A DNA stretch of 64,000 nt, taken from positions 1-64,000 of the IMG/VR virus record IMGVR_UViG_3300025012_000045; one strand, written 5' to 3'. The DNA is from a virus. Position numbers and translations under genes: made by a program. This document shows positions 29,472 to 40,602 of this stretch, in pieces. Each line of letters begins with the position of its first letter. Within the stretch, counting starts at the first letter, position 1. The notes under the pieces were generated by a model that made no database searches, was not told the origin of the DNA, and was given only the letters and a program-made list of their open reading frames with translations.

Positions 29472-29780
29472 TTATAACTTTAAATAATTATTTAATACTT
29501 GATGATATTGTTCAATTGTTTGTTTAAAAGGAAATGGAATTCGTATAATAGTACCATCTGGAATATCTCCATCCAGTGACCATTGAGGATTTGCAAGTAA
29601 AATTAGAAATCCATGTGTGGATGTTCCATAATATTTTTGACTTAATTTATCCATTCTACTAAAACCTAATCTCCAAACTTCTTTTTTATCTGATAGTTTT
29701 CCTGGAATTGGAATAAACGGTACATTTTTAACCTGTCCGTTTTCTCTCAAAAGTTGATATCTGTCATAATATTCTGCCAT
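29472..29780 (-). CDS. baseplate wedge protein (gp53/LysM-like)
   Basis: RMDKLSQKYYG..LILLANP..IPDGTIIRIP. Confidence 0.75.
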   Translation of the reverse strand: MAEYYDRYQLLRENGQVKNVPFIPIPGKLSDKKEVWRLGFSRMDKLSQKYYGTSTHGFLILLANPQWSLDGDIPDGTIIRIPFPFKQTIEQYHQVLNNYLKL

Positions 29781-29782
29781 AA

Positions 29783-30076
29783 TTAATTATTTTTATATTT
29801 ATCATATAACAATTCATGAGTAACAATTAATGTTAAATCACCAATTGTTTTTAATAGTTCTAAATCTTCATCCCAAATATTAATATCCAAATCGCTCTCA
29901 ACTTCACATAAATAAGCCAAAATTTCTCCGAATTCATCACCTTCTAATTTATCTGATTTTTTAAATTTTTTATTTTTACTTATAAAATATTTTTTTAAAT
30001 ATTCATAACACTCATCATAAGTTAAATTATCTATTTTTTTTAATTCCGATAAAATTTTATTTAATTGATCTATCAT
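29783..30076 (-). CDS. ACP-like protein lacking the Ppant serine, module gene B copy 2
   Basis: EVESDLDINIWDEDLELLKTIGDL. Confidence 0.65.
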   Translation of the reverse strand: MIDQLNKILSELKKIDNLTYDECYEYLKKYFISKNKKFKKSDKLEGDEFGEILAYLCEVESDLDINIWDEDLELLKTIGDLTLIVTHELLYDKYKNN

Positions 30077-30629
30077 AATCTTCTTTTTTAATCATAAAAC
30101 TTATATTACCCACTAACCTATCTTTTTCATTAAAAAGATAAAAATCATAAAAATGTTTATTAATTATATATTTATATACTTCAATTTTTTTTTCTCCTTC
30201 TGATATAAAATAAATAATTCTTACATCATATTTATCAATATATTTTTTTAAATAATGAAAAACAACTCTAAATATTAAAAATTGTTCATGTTCATTTGTT
30301 ATTATTCTGGCATCAATTTTACCATCTTTATAAATTCCAAATCTTACTTTATATACTGGTTTATTCCCATTATATTGTTGTATTGTTTTTATTGTTGTTT
30401 CTCCAAGTTTACTATCAAAATTATCAATAATTGCCTCTAAAACATAATTATTCATATTTGTAGAAAATGTTATAACTATTTCTTTTCCATTATCCTTTAA
30501 TATTTTTACATTTTTTATATCATTTTCTGAAACATTAAGATCAGAAAATATTTCTGATAATATTATATTTTCATCAATAATATTCTCTATTAATCTTTTA
30601 AATTGATTTTCTGTTAATTTTATTTTCAT
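30057..30629 (-). CDS. module gene A copy 2
   Basis: MKIKLTENQFKRLIE; DNFDSKxGETTIKTIQQYN, EKDRLVGNI. Confidence 0.75.
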   Translation of the reverse strand: MKIKLTENQFKRLIENIIDENIILSEIFSDLNVSENDIKNVKILKDNGKEIVITFSTNMNNYVLEAIIDNFDSKLGETTIKTIQQYNGNKPVYKVRFGIYKDGKIDARIITNEHEQFLIFRVVFHYLKKYIDKYDVRIIYFISEGEKKIEVYKYIINKHFYDFYLFNEKDRLVGNISFMIKKEDYDRSIK

Positions 30630-30630
30630 T

Positions 30631-31527
30631 TTATATAAATAGATTGTATAATCTAAATAATTTTCTTTTTAATTTTTCTCCTTGTTTATTAATAAATAGT
30701 TGATATTTTTTCATTAATGAATTAACTTGGTCTGGTGTTAACAACATAACATTTCTATCTGATTTTAGGTATTTATTTATGTTTTCTTTTTGTTTTGAAA
30801 TTAGTTTATTAAATAATGTAAAATAAACTATTTTTTCATATTCATCTATCCCTTTTAATCTATTATTAAAATCTTTAAAAATATTATAATTAATCATTTT
30901 CCATGACAATCCATATCCATTTGTATTTTTAATATTTATAGTAAACCAATTTCTCATAGTTTCATCATTTTTTAACATTTTTCTTTTAAATCCTTTTTCT
31001 CCAAGCTTATGTTTTAGTATACTATAAGTTCCTGCCACTGTTGCATTAATTTCTGATTCTTTTGATCTATCCATTAAATCTTTAAAATAATCAATTATAT
31101 TTTCATTTCTTTTAACAACTTTTTTTGATATATCTGATGCAATTAAATAATCTATCATTTTTTCTGACCTTTCTTTTCCAAGAACAAAAAATTGTAAGGC
31201 ATGATTCATTTCATGATAAACATCTTCTTTAATATCTCCATTTATAATTGTAAAATATAAAACAGCCCCTTGATTTGTTGTTTGAGATTTTTTAATATCA
31301 AAATAACTTACATTTTCTTTATTTGTATAATTAACTATAATTTTATCTATTTTAACCTTATTTAATTTGGGTAATTGGTTTTCAGTAAAAGTATATATAT
31401 CATAATGTTTATCTTTTATATAATTTATAATATAATCAGATAAATTATTAACATCATTATGAATCCCCAATTCTTCTTTTATTAATTGTTTTAATTCTTG
31501 TTCGGTTATTTTGATAGTTTCATTCAT
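30631..31527 (-). CDS. putative zincin (HExxH) protein with packaging leader
   Basis: YHEMNHALQ, ESEINA; paralog of 58670-59608. Confidence 0.65.
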   Translation of the reverse strand: MNETIKITEQELKQLIKEELGIHNDVNNLSDYIINYIKDKHYDIYTFTENQLPKLNKVKIDKIIVNYTNKENVSYFDIKKSQTTNQGAVLYFTIINGDIKEDVYHEMNHALQFFVLGKERSEKMIDYLIASDISKKVVKRNENIIDYFKDLMDRSKESEINATVAGTYSILKHKLGEKGFKRKMLKNDETMRNWFTINIKNTNGYGLSWKMINYNIFKDFNNRLKGIDEYEKIVYFTLFNKLISKQKENINKYLKSDRNVMLLTPDQVNSLMKKYQLFINKQGEKLKRKLFRLYNLFI

Positions 31528-31531
31528 TTTA

Positions 31532-32236
31532 TTATAACTTATAATTTATATTTACTTTACTATCTTTTAAATCATCCTGCAGTGGAATATTACCAGTTAA
31601 ACTATTACCACTATCCACACTAATTAATTTTCCCTCACTACTTTTCATATTATTATAATTATTATTTAATGTGGTAACAGAATTACTCATTGACGTGAAA
31701 GAAGTTCCTGTTGTAAATAAAACATATCTATCATCTATATTATCTGATTGAACTTTTAATAAGTTCCCCCAGACATCATCAAAATCCCTTTTATACTTTT
31801 TTAATCTTCTGTTATATAAACTTATAACACTTCTTTTGTCATCCAATTCTCTGGAAATAATAAAACAAGTATTTGTTTCACCAGTATTTGGTGTATTATC
31901 TGCACAATTATATGTGTCATTTATTTCTTTAAATAAATCATATACATGATTTAAATCAAATGTTCCCCATTTATTTAAATCAAATAGATCTCCTTTTAAT
32001 TTACTTACAAATGTTTTTATAGTATTATCATTGTTATATTTATTAAAAAAATTATTACTTTCAAGTTGTTGTTTAATTTTTATTATATCACTGGACCAAT
32101 TGATTAAAATATCTTTAACATTATTGAGAACTTGTTCATAATCAATTGATTTACTATCAATTAAATCACCAACAACCTGAGTATTTCTAACTGACTGTTG
32201 ATTTTGAGTTCTATGTAAATCTGAAAAAATTGACAT
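31532..32236 (-). CDS. hypothetical (possibly structural) protein
   Basis: 234-aa ORF in the tail operon. Confidence 0.6.
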   Translation of the reverse strand: MSIFSDLHRTQNQQSVRNTQVVGDLIDSKSIDYEQVLNNVKDILINWSSDIIKIKQQLESNNFFNKYNNDNTIKTFVSKLKGDLFDLNKWGTFDLNHVYDLFKEINDTYNCADNTPNTGETNTCFIISRELDDKRSVISLYNRRLKKYKRDFDDVWGNLLKVQSDNIDDRYVLFTTGTSFTSMSNSVTTLNNNYNNMKSSEGKLISVDSGNSLTGNIPLQDDLKDSKVNINYKL

Positions 32237-32245
32237 TTTATATGA

Positions 32246-32533
32246 TTACCTTTTTTTATTTCTTATCAATTCATGAGTAACAATTAATGTCAAATCATTA
32301 ATTGTTTTTAATCCTTTTAAATCTTCATCCCAAATATTAATATTTAAATCTTTCTCCAACATACAAAATAACCATAAAATACCATATCCGTCTCCATCTT
32401 TTAATTTATTTGATTTTTTAAAATTCATAATTTCTGACATTATTTCTTTTAAAATATCATAACATTTATTATATGTTAAATTATCTATTTTTTTTAATTT
32501 TAATATTTTATTTTTTATTTGTTGATCTGTCAT
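32246..32533 (-). CDS. ACP-like protein lacking the Ppant serine, module gene B copy 3
   Basis: MLEKDLNINIWDEDLKGLKTINDL. Confidence 0.65.
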   Translation of the reverse strand: MTDQQIKNKILKLKKIDNLTYNKCYDILKEIMSEIMNFKKSNKLKDGDGYGILWLFCMLEKDLNINIWDEDLKGLKTINDLTLIVTHELIRNKKR

Positions 32534-33071
32534 AATCTTCTTTTTTAATCATAAAACTTATATTACCTATTAATCTATCTTTTTCATTAAAAAAATAAAA
32601 ATTTTTAAAGTGTTCATTAATTATGTATTGGTACAATCTAATTTTTTGCTCTCCTTCAGATATAAAATAAATAATTCTTATATCATATTTATCAATATAT
32701 TTTTTTAAATAATTAAAAACAACTTTTAATATTAAATATATTTCATTATAATTTGTTATAGTTCTGGCATCAATTTTACCATTCTTATAAATTCCAAATC
32801 TTACTTTATAAACTGGTTTATTTTCATTATATTGTTGTATTGTTTTTATTGTTGTTTTTCCAACTTTACTATCAAAATTATCTATAACTCCTTCTAAAAC
32901 ATAATTATCTATATTCGTAGAAAAAGTTATAACTATTTCATTTTCATTATCTTTTAATATTTTTACATTTTGTATTTCGTTTTTAGAGATGTTAAGGTCA
33001 GAAAATATTTCTGATATTATTATATTTTCAATTAATCTTTTAAATTGGGATTCTGTTATTAATATTTTCAT
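32508..33071 (-). CDS. module gene A copy 3
   Basis: MKILITESQFKRLIE; highly similar to 30057-30629. Confidence 0.75.
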   Translation of the reverse strand: MKILITESQFKRLIENIIISEIFSDLNISKNEIQNVKILKDNENEIVITFSTNIDNYVLEGVIDNFDSKVGKTTIKTIQQYNENKPVYKVRFGIYKNGKIDARTITNYNEIYLILKVVFNYLKKYIDKYDIRIIYFISEGEQKIRLYQYIINEHFKNFYFFNEKDRLIGNISFMIKKEDYDRSTNKK

Positions 33072-33097
33072 AATATTTATATATGAATATTCTATTT

Positions 33098-36000
33098 TTA
33101 TATAGCAATAAATCTATTATCTGTTGTACGTTTAATGGTTCCTCTCTCTATTAATTCACTTATTAACGTGTCTCTTGTACTAGTTGGATTAGTTTCCAAT
33201 TCTTTATCAATTCTCCATTCTGCAAGTTCAAAAGAATTTTCTTGATGATTAGCATAAAATTTACTTGAAATTGCATTTTGTAATTGAGTAATTGGTTCTT
33301 TTAAACTTGCTCCGCCTATAATATTACAGTTTATGTTAACATTACATAACATTGGTTGTACTCCACTTCCTTCTGGATTTAAATCCCATATTAAAGGATC
33401 ATAAGAAAAACCAATATTATTAATTATAATTCTACAATTAAAAAAATCACCAATTCTTAATACACAAACTGGCATCCTACCAAATACACTATTTTTTGGT
33501 AAATCTTCATCTTTTCCATTACTTGATGTTGTAAATGGTTTTCCTTGTCTTGTACATTGATGTAAAAATGTTAATCTTTTATTAAAATCTTCTGGAGTTT
33601 GAGAGTGAAATCCGGGATGAAAATAATCAATTTTTTGTTTATATGAATTAAATACAAATGGGTCATTTTCTTTTAATTCTTTAAAATATAAACACTCACC
33701 ACCTATAAAATTGCCAGCTCTTTGTTCATTTAATTGTTTTTCAATATTATCAAGTTTATCTATAAGTAATTTTTTTTCTGTTTGATTTAATTCTTCAGGA
33801 TCAACATTTGGATTTATTTCTAACCAAACTTTAACAAATCTTTCTTTTATTTGGTTTTCAGTATTTTTATTTTCTTTTAATTCATCACCCCCCTTACCTA
33901 AATTACTTTCTATAATCGTATTAATATTTGAATCATCTTGTTTTGTTTTACTATATTCTTTAAATGTGTCGCCTCGTTCCTCTAAAAATTTTTTAACAGC
34001 GTTTATTCTACTTTTTGCTAATTTATTATTAAAATCATCGCTTCCAACTTTACTTGTATGGCCTTCCAATTTTAAATCATAATTTTTGGCATCACTACTA
34101 TTATTTAAAAATGTAACTAAATCTGAAGCATCATTTTCTATATTTTTATTTAAATCTAATGATGGAATTCCATTATATGATGAATCAAAAGTATCTTGAG
34201 ATTCTTTATCAGAATGATCAAAATAAAATTTAATCGAATCTGATTCTGATTTTCCTGGTCCTGTATATTTCTCAAGTTCAATATTTGTTTCTGGTTGTTC
34301 CAGCGATTTAGATATTTCTTCTTTTTTAACATCCAGTTTATTAATATCTTCTTGAGATAACGGCCTTGCTTGGGTTTTTGATGGTTCATCGGATCCAGCA
34401 AAAAAAGTATCAGCATCATTTCTATTTGAATCAATATTTGATCTTAAATTTGATGGATAATCAACAATCAATTTAAATTGAAAGTTTAATGTTCTTTCAG
34501 AATTATTATAAGTATAAACTGGTTCACCACGAGCAATAAAATCCGTTCTTTCCCAACTTGCATTTATGTTTTCATCCAATCCGATATCATAAGGTGGAAA
34601 CCACATAATTCTTCCTTTATTTGGGCCAATTTCACATAATGGTAAACTCTGTAAATCATCAATATCCCATGCGAGATTTTCAATTGAAAACATCATCGGT
34701 TTCATATTTACATCTATCTTTTTGTCCTTATTGATTCCATTAAAAGGTCCAACTGGATGTATTCTTGGTATTCCTATATTATTTAATACAGAATTAGTTT
34801 TTAAATTACTTAAATTACCTTCTCTTATTAGATAATGGTTGGAACTTCTTATTGCTTTTTTATATGAATCATATTGATCCGTTTTAATCCATGATCTGGT
34901 AATAACAACTTTACCATCTTTTAATTTTAAAAGTTTTCTACCTTTCGTTTCTTGTTTATCGTCTAATTCCATCTCTCCATGACCGAATTTATGGCTTATT
35001 CTTTTGCCAACAGCATGTCCACTATCAACAATATCTTGTGTAAATTTTAATAATCCTCTCCAACCAGTACCAGCAAGTTCTTCACCTCTACCTTGTTCCC
35101 ACCCTCTTAAATCATCTGATGATTGTTGTAAAGAATCTTTTAAATTTTGTTTAAAAAAATTATCAACTTGTTTTTCTGTTGGAAACCCTAAAGAATCTTC
35201 TAATCTTTGTTGTGGGGATAAAGCATTTCCAATTCCTTTATATTTTGGATCATTAATTACTACATGTTTTCCTGTAACATCTGTTGGAACATAATTTACA
35301 GGGTCATAACTATGAGGTAGTGTTGTTTGAGTATCGCTTGTTTCATTTTTATTTGGAAATAACCATTTATTTATTTTACCAATAACTTTTGTTAAAAATC
35401 CGCCAACACCAAATCCCTCAATTCCTTGTGGACTATATATATTTTGTTCAATATTTTGTTTTAATAAACTAATTTGCCCAGAACCAGTTCTTTTAATTAA
35501 TTCTTCTGGTGTAACAAATGATTTTTGACCATATATATCTTCCAAGGGATTTTTATTTGATTCAAAACCAGTAAATAAATTAACATAATATTCAGTATCT
35601 CTTTCACCAGAGGGTAATTTTGTAATAATAAATTCTTGAGCTGGTCTAATAAGAGGTTCTTTTGGTCCTAATCCTATTTTTCCAGCAATAAATCCACCAA
35701 GATTAATTGTTGGCAATAAATTTTTTGTTAATTGACCAGCAACTCTTCTTGTAAATTCCAATACCAATCTTGAATTGGCAATCTGAATCATTGGTGTTTT
35801 TGGTCCAACCCCCAAAAATCTACCTAAAACAGTATTTTCAAAATTAACCAAACTTCCCAAACCTATCTGACTTACCACATCTTTTAATATTGGGGGGGAT
35901 TGTTGTTCCATTGTGAATAAATCATATTCATTTGTAGGCTTCCATAAAACATTTTTTGATAATTGTTCATTTGCTAGAGTTTCCAAATTACTTCCTGCCA

Positions 36001-36145
36001 ATTCTGTATTTAGTTGAACAGTAGTCTGATCTGAATTAATTGTATCATACTCATTACTTTTTGTAAACTTATTTACATTGGTTACACTTGAACCGTGAGG
36101 ATTAAGTTTTGTTGAATCTTGTTGTATTTGTGAACCGTGTGGCAT
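33098..36145 (-). CDS. baseplate / tail-tube initiator-like protein with inserted OmpA-like peptidoglycan-binding domain
   Basis: FPPY..ASW..FIARGEPVYTYNNSERTLNFQF; LEGHTS..NNKLAKSRINAVKKFL. Confidence 0.65.
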   Translation of the reverse strand: MPHGSQIQQDSTKLNPHGSSVTNVNKFTKSNEYDTINSDQTTVQLNTELAGSNLETLANEQLSKNVLWKPTNEYDLFTMEQQSPPILKDVVSQIGLGSLVNFENTVLGRFLGVGPKTPMIQIANSRLVLEFTRRVAGQLTKNLLPTINLGGFIAGKIGLGPKEPLIRPAQEFIITKLPSGERDTEYYVNLFTGFESNKNPLEDIYGQKSFVTPEELIKRTGSGQISLLKQNIEQNIYSPQGIEGFGVGGFLTKVIGKINKWLFPNKNETSDTQTTLPHSYDPVNYVPTDVTGKHVVINDPKYKGIGNALSPQQRLEDSLGFPTEKQVDNFFKQNLKDSLQQSSDDLRGWEQGRGEELAGTGWRGLLKFTQDIVDSGHAVGKRISHKFGHGEMELDDKQETKGRKLLKLKDGKVVITRSWIKTDQYDSYKKAIRSSNHYLIREGNLSNLKTNSVLNNIGIPRIHPVGPFNGINKDKKIDVNMKPMMFSIENLAWDIDDLQSLPLCEIGPNKGRIMWFPPYDIGLDENINASWERTDFIARGEPVYTYNNSERTLNFQFKLIVDYPSNLRSNIDSNRNDADTFFAGSDEPSKTQARPLSQEDINKLDVKKEEISKSLEQPETNIELEKYTGPGKSESDSIKFYFDHSDKESQDTFDSSYNGIPSLDLNKNIENDASDLVTFLNNSSDAKNYDLKLEGHTSKVGSDDFNNKLAKSRINAVKKFLEERGDTFKEYSKTKQDDSNINTIIESNLGKGGDELKENKNTENQIKERFVKVWLEINPNVDPEELNQTEKKLLIDKLDNIEKQLNEQRAGNFIGGECLYFKELKENDPFVFNSYKQKIDYFHPGFHSQTPEDFNKRLTFLHQCTRQGKPFTTSSNGKDEDLPKNSVFGRMPVCVLRIGDFFNCRIIINNIGFSYDPLIWDLNPEGSGVQPMLCNVNINCNIIGGASLKEPITQLQNAISSKFYANHQENSFELAEWRIDKELETNPTSTRDTLISELIERGTIKRTTDNRFIAI

Positions 36146-36344
36146 TAAAAGTATTTTTATATAAATATTTGTTTTTTTAATTTATTTTACTTATCTTTGT
36201 ATTATTAAAATGTAAAACATGGAATCAAAAAGAAAATGGTATAAAAATAAAAAAAATCACTTGGGGCTTGACTTTGTCATTTATTATGTTTATCTTTGTA
36301 TTTTAAAATTAAATAATTTATTAACTAAAACAAAAAATAATAAA

Positions 36345-36617
36345 ATGACAGCAACAATCAAAAGAGTGCCAAAAGAAACAAAATTGGCAAGAATTATTGG
36401 AAAAAATCTTCCAGATGATGTTCTCACATATTTGAGAAAGAACCCTAAACAAGTTTACACAAACTTTAGAAGGGGGACTTCCATATTTGGAAGAAGAACA
36501 CCTGATGTTTCTCCAGTAACAGTAAAGAGGGTTTTAAAGGATAGAAAAACTATCCGTAAAGAGTGGGAATCTCTTTATACCCCAACACAACTTAGAACGT
36601 TTTCACTTTATAATTAA
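36345..36617 (+). CDS. small basic early protein
   Basis: Probable start MTATIKR after TATCTTTG at 36291. Confidence 0.6.
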   Translation: MTATIKRVPKETKLARIIGKNLPDDVLTYLRKNPKQVYTNFRRGTSIFGRRTPDVSPVTVKRVLKDRKTIRKEWESLYTPTQLRTFSLYN

Positions 36618-36647
36618 TTTTTTAAGTTTCATGGTTTTTAAGTTGGT

Positions 36648-36690
36648 TAGACCCCCACTCTTTAATTAGTTTGGGGGTTTAATTTTTTAT
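36648..36690 (+). terminator. rho-independent terminator
   Basis: tagaccccca...tgggggttta followed by T-rich tract. Confidence 0.6.
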
Positions 36691-36760
36691 TAATAGAATA
36701 TTTGGAAATGTGATTTATTTTACTTATCTTTGTAATTAATTAACTAAAAACACAAAAAAT

Positions 36761-36934
36761 ATGAAAACAATACAAATTTCAACAGTGGAAAATATTCTTC
36801 TTAATATGCAAGGAGGATTATTACCAAAAGATTTAACAAAAAAAGAAATTAATCTTTTAAAAAAAGAGTATGGTGAAAATTGGTTTGAAGAATTGGGATA
36901 TAATGAACCAGAATATAAAAAACCAAAATATTAG
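36761..36934 (+). CDS. small early protein (57 aa, not in the track)
   Basis: MKTIQISTVENILL...KKPKY* after TATCTTTG at 36725. Confidence 0.6.
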   Translation: MKTIQISTVENILLNMQGGLLPKDLTKKEINLLKKEYGENWFEELGYNEPEYKKPKY

Positions 36935-36942
36935 ATAACACT

Positions 36943-37245
36943 ATGAAATGGATATTATTTATCTTATCAATAATTATTTTTGGAAGTTTATTATCACTTT
37001 ACCAATCATTTATTATATTGGAGATTTCAAGGTATTTTTCCATTGGTTTTATCTCACAATTCACAATTTTTCAAATTTTTGCTATTTTATGTTTAATTAA
37101 TATAATAAATTACAAACATAAAGATAAAGAAACAAAACCATTTACTGGGCAAGTTCAAATGGCCATTAAAGACCTTACTGAAAAATTTATAAATCTTTCA
37201 GTAGGTTGGCTAATTATATATGTGATATCATTAATAATATTATAA
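36943..37245 (+). CDS. membrane protein
   Basis: Three hydrophobic segments. Confidence 0.65.
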   Translation: MKWILFILSIIIFGSLLSLYQSFIILEISRYFSIGFISQFTIFQIFAILCLINIINYKHKDKETKPFTGQVQMAIKDLTEKFINLSVGWLIIYVISLIIL

Positions 37246-37248
37246 AAA

Positions 37249-37560
37249 ATGAAAGAGTTTTACTATACATATTCGAGAAAACATAAATTATCTGTGGTAG
37301 GATATGTCAATAAAAAAGAAAATAACTTCCAAATTGGAATTTCCAAATGTTCAGATAAAGATGAATATAATAAAAAATTTGGTAGAGAGATAGCAAAAGG
37401 AAGATCAATAAAAAATCCTTTTTCAATATTTAGTTTGGATAATAAAGAACAACCTGAACTTCTTCAAATACTTTTTGATACAAGGGATACAATAATTGGA
37501 AAATCTGATAAATATATTGAAACATGGAAAAAATATAAACTTTTAAGTAAAATAATATGA
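37249..37560 (+). CDS. phage hypothetical protein
   Basis: GISKCSDKDEYNKKFGREIAKGR motif. Confidence 0.7.
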   Translation: MKEFYYTYSRKHKLSVVGYVNKKENNFQIGISKCSDKDEYNKKFGREIAKGRSIKNPFSIFSLDNKEQPELLQILFDTRDTIIGKSDKYIETWKKYKLLSKII

Positions 37561-37841
37561 AATTATTAGATAAAATAAAAAAATTAAAAGAGGGGGGTTT
37601 AATTACAGAAAAGGAATATAATGAGATTAAACAAACCCTTAAAAATCAAGGTCTTCAGGATTTAACAAAAAATGATTCTTATAATGTTGATAATCATGAA
37701 CTACCAGAACAAGGGAAATTAACAAATCACGAACAAAAAATAATTAATAAATATAAAGATAAAGGAATTGATTTTACAAATCTTGTATTAATCTTAAATC
37801 AATTTGAAAAAGAATACAAGGAAAAATATAATAAGAAATGA
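37557..37841 (+). CDS. SHOCT-like domain protein
   Basis: KLKEGGLITEKEY. Confidence 0.55.
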   Translation: MKLLDKIKKLKEGGLITEKEYNEIKQTLKNQGLQDLTKNDSYNVDNHELPEQGKLTNHEQKIINKYKDKGIDFTNLVLILNQFEKEYKEKYNKK

Positions 37842-37935
37842 AAATAATTCTTTGGATAATTGTTTTTATTTTGATTATAGTTCTGTTATTTGGACGTGAT
37901 GATGATTTCATGGGTTATTCTTAACCTACTAACCT

Positions 37936-40308
37936 TTATTTATTATAATAAACTCTTTCAAATTGAACTTCTGCAACGGTAGATGCTGTTTTTTTACCAA
38001 CTACAGTTGAATCCATCTCCGCAGTAAAATCTATATTTAATGCAACATTTTTATCCTTAAATTCAACCTGAAGAGGTCTTGAACCAAATAATTCACCCAA
38101 ACCACCAAAAGCACTTGCTGCAATTGCCATATTTCTTAATGATTCTGCAGTTTGTCTTATTTCTTTTAATTTACTTGAATCTATTGCATTTACTGATGTT
38201 TTAATTGTATCAAAACCCTTACCAATATTTGGAATGTTTGCCTCAGATAATGTTTTCATTGCACCCCCAACAACCCATAACGAAGCACCCATCGCTGCCA
38301 GACCAGCAACTCCAGCACCAAATATAAGAGCACCAATTCCACCAGTCGCAGTGAATGTTAAACCCAAACCATAAATTGCAGATGTTAATCCTAAAATTGC
38401 AGTACCAGCAATTCCCAATGTTTCCCAACTTATACCTTCAAATTGTTGTAATGCTAAACCAACTAATGATAATCCGCCGGCAGCAATAGAAAGTATTGCT
38501 GCCCCTTTAACTATTCCACCAAAACCAATTCCACCAAATAAATTTCCAATAATGCCACCTTTAGGCATACCTTTTGACATTGCTGAAAATTTACCCATAT
38601 TCTTACCCATTATACTCATTTGTAAATTCATTTTTCCCAAAGAGATTAAAGAACTTAATATTGTTCCTCCAAACATTGTAAATGCACCCATTGCAACAGT
38701 ACCAAACATAATAAATCCTTTACCTAAACCACTAACACCTTCTGTTACTTTTTGAATCCAATTTGTTACTTTATTTAATCCACTTAATAATGGTAAAAAT
38801 GCACTTTTTATTGTGTTTGTTAAATTAATCCAAACCGCTTGAAAATCTTGGGTATCTTTTGCCCTTTGTTCTATTGATACTCCAGCAGATTTAAATGAAT
38901 CAAGTTCTGTTTTTGATATTTTACGAATATCTATTGCTCTTTTTGGATTGAACGGATCAACAATTTCAAATATTTTTAAATCTTTATTCCACTCAGCCTG
39001 ACCTTCAATTAAATTTTTATATTCTTTATTTGTTCTAGCAAATCCAGGAATACTTTTTTGCATAATATTAATTTGTGCTGTTCTTCTGGCTTGCTCTGCA
39101 AGTTTTTCAATAGGAATTGATGTTGCTTCTGAAATTATTTTTAATCTATCAAATCCAGTGCTAAGAATCTCAAATTCTCCTTCTTTATTTAAAATAGAAA
39201 TATCTTTTGTCATTTCTTTTATCATTTCGGCAAACTGTTTAGGAGAATTCCTTGCAGCAAAAAGAAGCTTAAATGGATCAGCAACAGCACTTGCGGCACC
39301 ACCTGCAAGACGAAGTTGGGCTGAAAGTTCTACGACTGATCCAAGATATCTTCCTTTTTCCATTGAGCTTAAAGTATCAGAAACATCCATTTTAAATTTG
39401 GTTGAAAATACAACAAGTTCAGATAATTCTTTTATTCCTCTTTTAAAATGAAATTTTGATAATGCTGAAAAATTATTTGATATTGATTTTAAAATTTTAT
39501 CAGCATTTAATGCCATTCTTTCTGAAGTATTTAATACATTTTCTATTTCTTTATTTGCTCCCATTGCATTAACGCCAATTTCAGAAAATTTTGCAGCCAA
39601 TCTTCCAGCCTCAACATTCCCAAGAGACGTTCCAGCTGCGAGTTCTGCAATAAATTTTTGAGACTGCTGTGTCATTAATCTGGCACGGCCACTTTCATCC
39701 GCATAAGAGGTTATCATTTCAGTAATATCTTTAAGTCCCTTTCCTAAATTTCGAACTTCAAAGGTGGTATTAGCAACAGATTCCTGTAATATTTTTGATT
39801 TTTGACCTGATATTGCAAGTTGAAGATTTGTTTGTTTTACTGCTTTTTGTTGTTCAATTAAATGACTTAATATATATTTTACTGAAAGTTCTTTTTCTAT
39901 ATCAAGACCAGATAATTCTTTAGTTACTAACCACATAGAATTTAATCCAGCCCCAATTAACTTTCCTAATGTTACTTGTTTACTTAAAGAAGATAATCTT
40001 GTATTATCATACCGTATAAGATATGATACAGTATCAAGTTCTTTCTCTAAATTTTCTAATTTTTTAGTTTGAGTTTTTAATTCTTTACCTTTTAATCCTT
40101 TTAATTTTTCTTGTTGTTTATTTGCTTGTTCGTTTAATGACACCCATAACTTTTGTTGTATATTAATTTGTTCATTTAATTTAGATATATTTTTTTGAGT
40201 GTTAAAATATTGATTTAAATTCATAGCAATATCTTTTGAATATTCATTTTCTTGTTTTAATAAATCAAGTTTTATTTTTAACTCCCTTATATTTTTTTCA
40301 TCTGCCAT
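37936..40308 (-). CDS. tail tape measure protein
   Basis: Long helical protein with Gly/Ala-rich hydrophobic C-terminal region; near baseplate genes; late motif at 40328. Confidence 0.75.
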   Translation of the reverse strand: MADEKNIRELKIKLDLLKQENEYSKDIAMNLNQYFNTQKNISKLNEQINIQQKLWVSLNEQANKQQEKLKGLKGKELKTQTKKLENLEKELDTVSYLIRYDNTRLSSLSKQVTLGKLIGAGLNSMWLVTKELSGLDIEKELSVKYILSHLIEQQKAVKQTNLQLAISGQKSKILQESVANTTFEVRNLGKGLKDITEMITSYADESGRARLMTQQSQKFIAELAAGTSLGNVEAGRLAAKFSEIGVNAMGANKEIENVLNTSERMALNADKILKSISNNFSALSKFHFKRGIKELSELVVFSTKFKMDVSDTLSSMEKGRYLGSVVELSAQLRLAGGAASAVADPFKLLFAARNSPKQFAEMIKEMTKDISILNKEGEFEILSTGFDRLKIISEATSIPIEKLAEQARRTAQINIMQKSIPGFARTNKEYKNLIEGQAEWNKDLKIFEIVDPFNPKRAIDIRKISKTELDSFKSAGVSIEQRAKDTQDFQAVWINLTNTIKSAFLPLLSGLNKVTNWIQKVTEGVSGLGKGFIMFGTVAMGAFTMFGGTILSSLISLGKMNLQMSIMGKNMGKFSAMSKGMPKGGIIGNLFGGIGFGGIVKGAAILSIAAGGLSLVGLALQQFEGISWETLGIAGTAILGLTSAIYGLGLTFTATGGIGALIFGAGVAGLAAMGASLWVVGGAMKTLSEANIPNIGKGFDTIKTSVNAIDSSKLKEIRQTAESLRNMAIAASAFGGLGELFGSRPLQVEFKDKNVALNIDFTAEMDSTVVGKKTASTVAEVQFERVYYNK

Positions 40309-40428
40309 AATATAAAACTATTTTTTATATAAATATTTTGTTAAATTTTTTTTATAAAAATTGGTTTTTTTCTATTTTACGATATATTTATAATATACAG
40401 TTAAATAACTATAAAAACATATATTAAG

Positions 40429-40602
40429 ATGAATAAATATAAAACAAAGAAAAGAATTAATTTAACAATTGATAAAGAAATATGGAAAATATTTAATATA
40501 TTATCAGAAGAAAAATCAATTAACAAGAGTAAATTTTTTCAAAATTGTTGTAAAATATTTATTGAAAAAAATAAGAACTATGATATTAACAAAAAAAGTT
40601 GA
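40429..40602 (+). CDS. ribbon-helix-helix protein (57 aa, not in the track)
   Basis: KKRINLTIDKEIWKIFNILSEEKSINKSKFF fits the RHH pattern; overlaps the endonuclease start. Confidence 0.65.
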   Translation: MNKYKTKKRINLTIDKEIWKIFNILSEEKSINKSKFFQNCCKIFIEKNKNYDINKKS

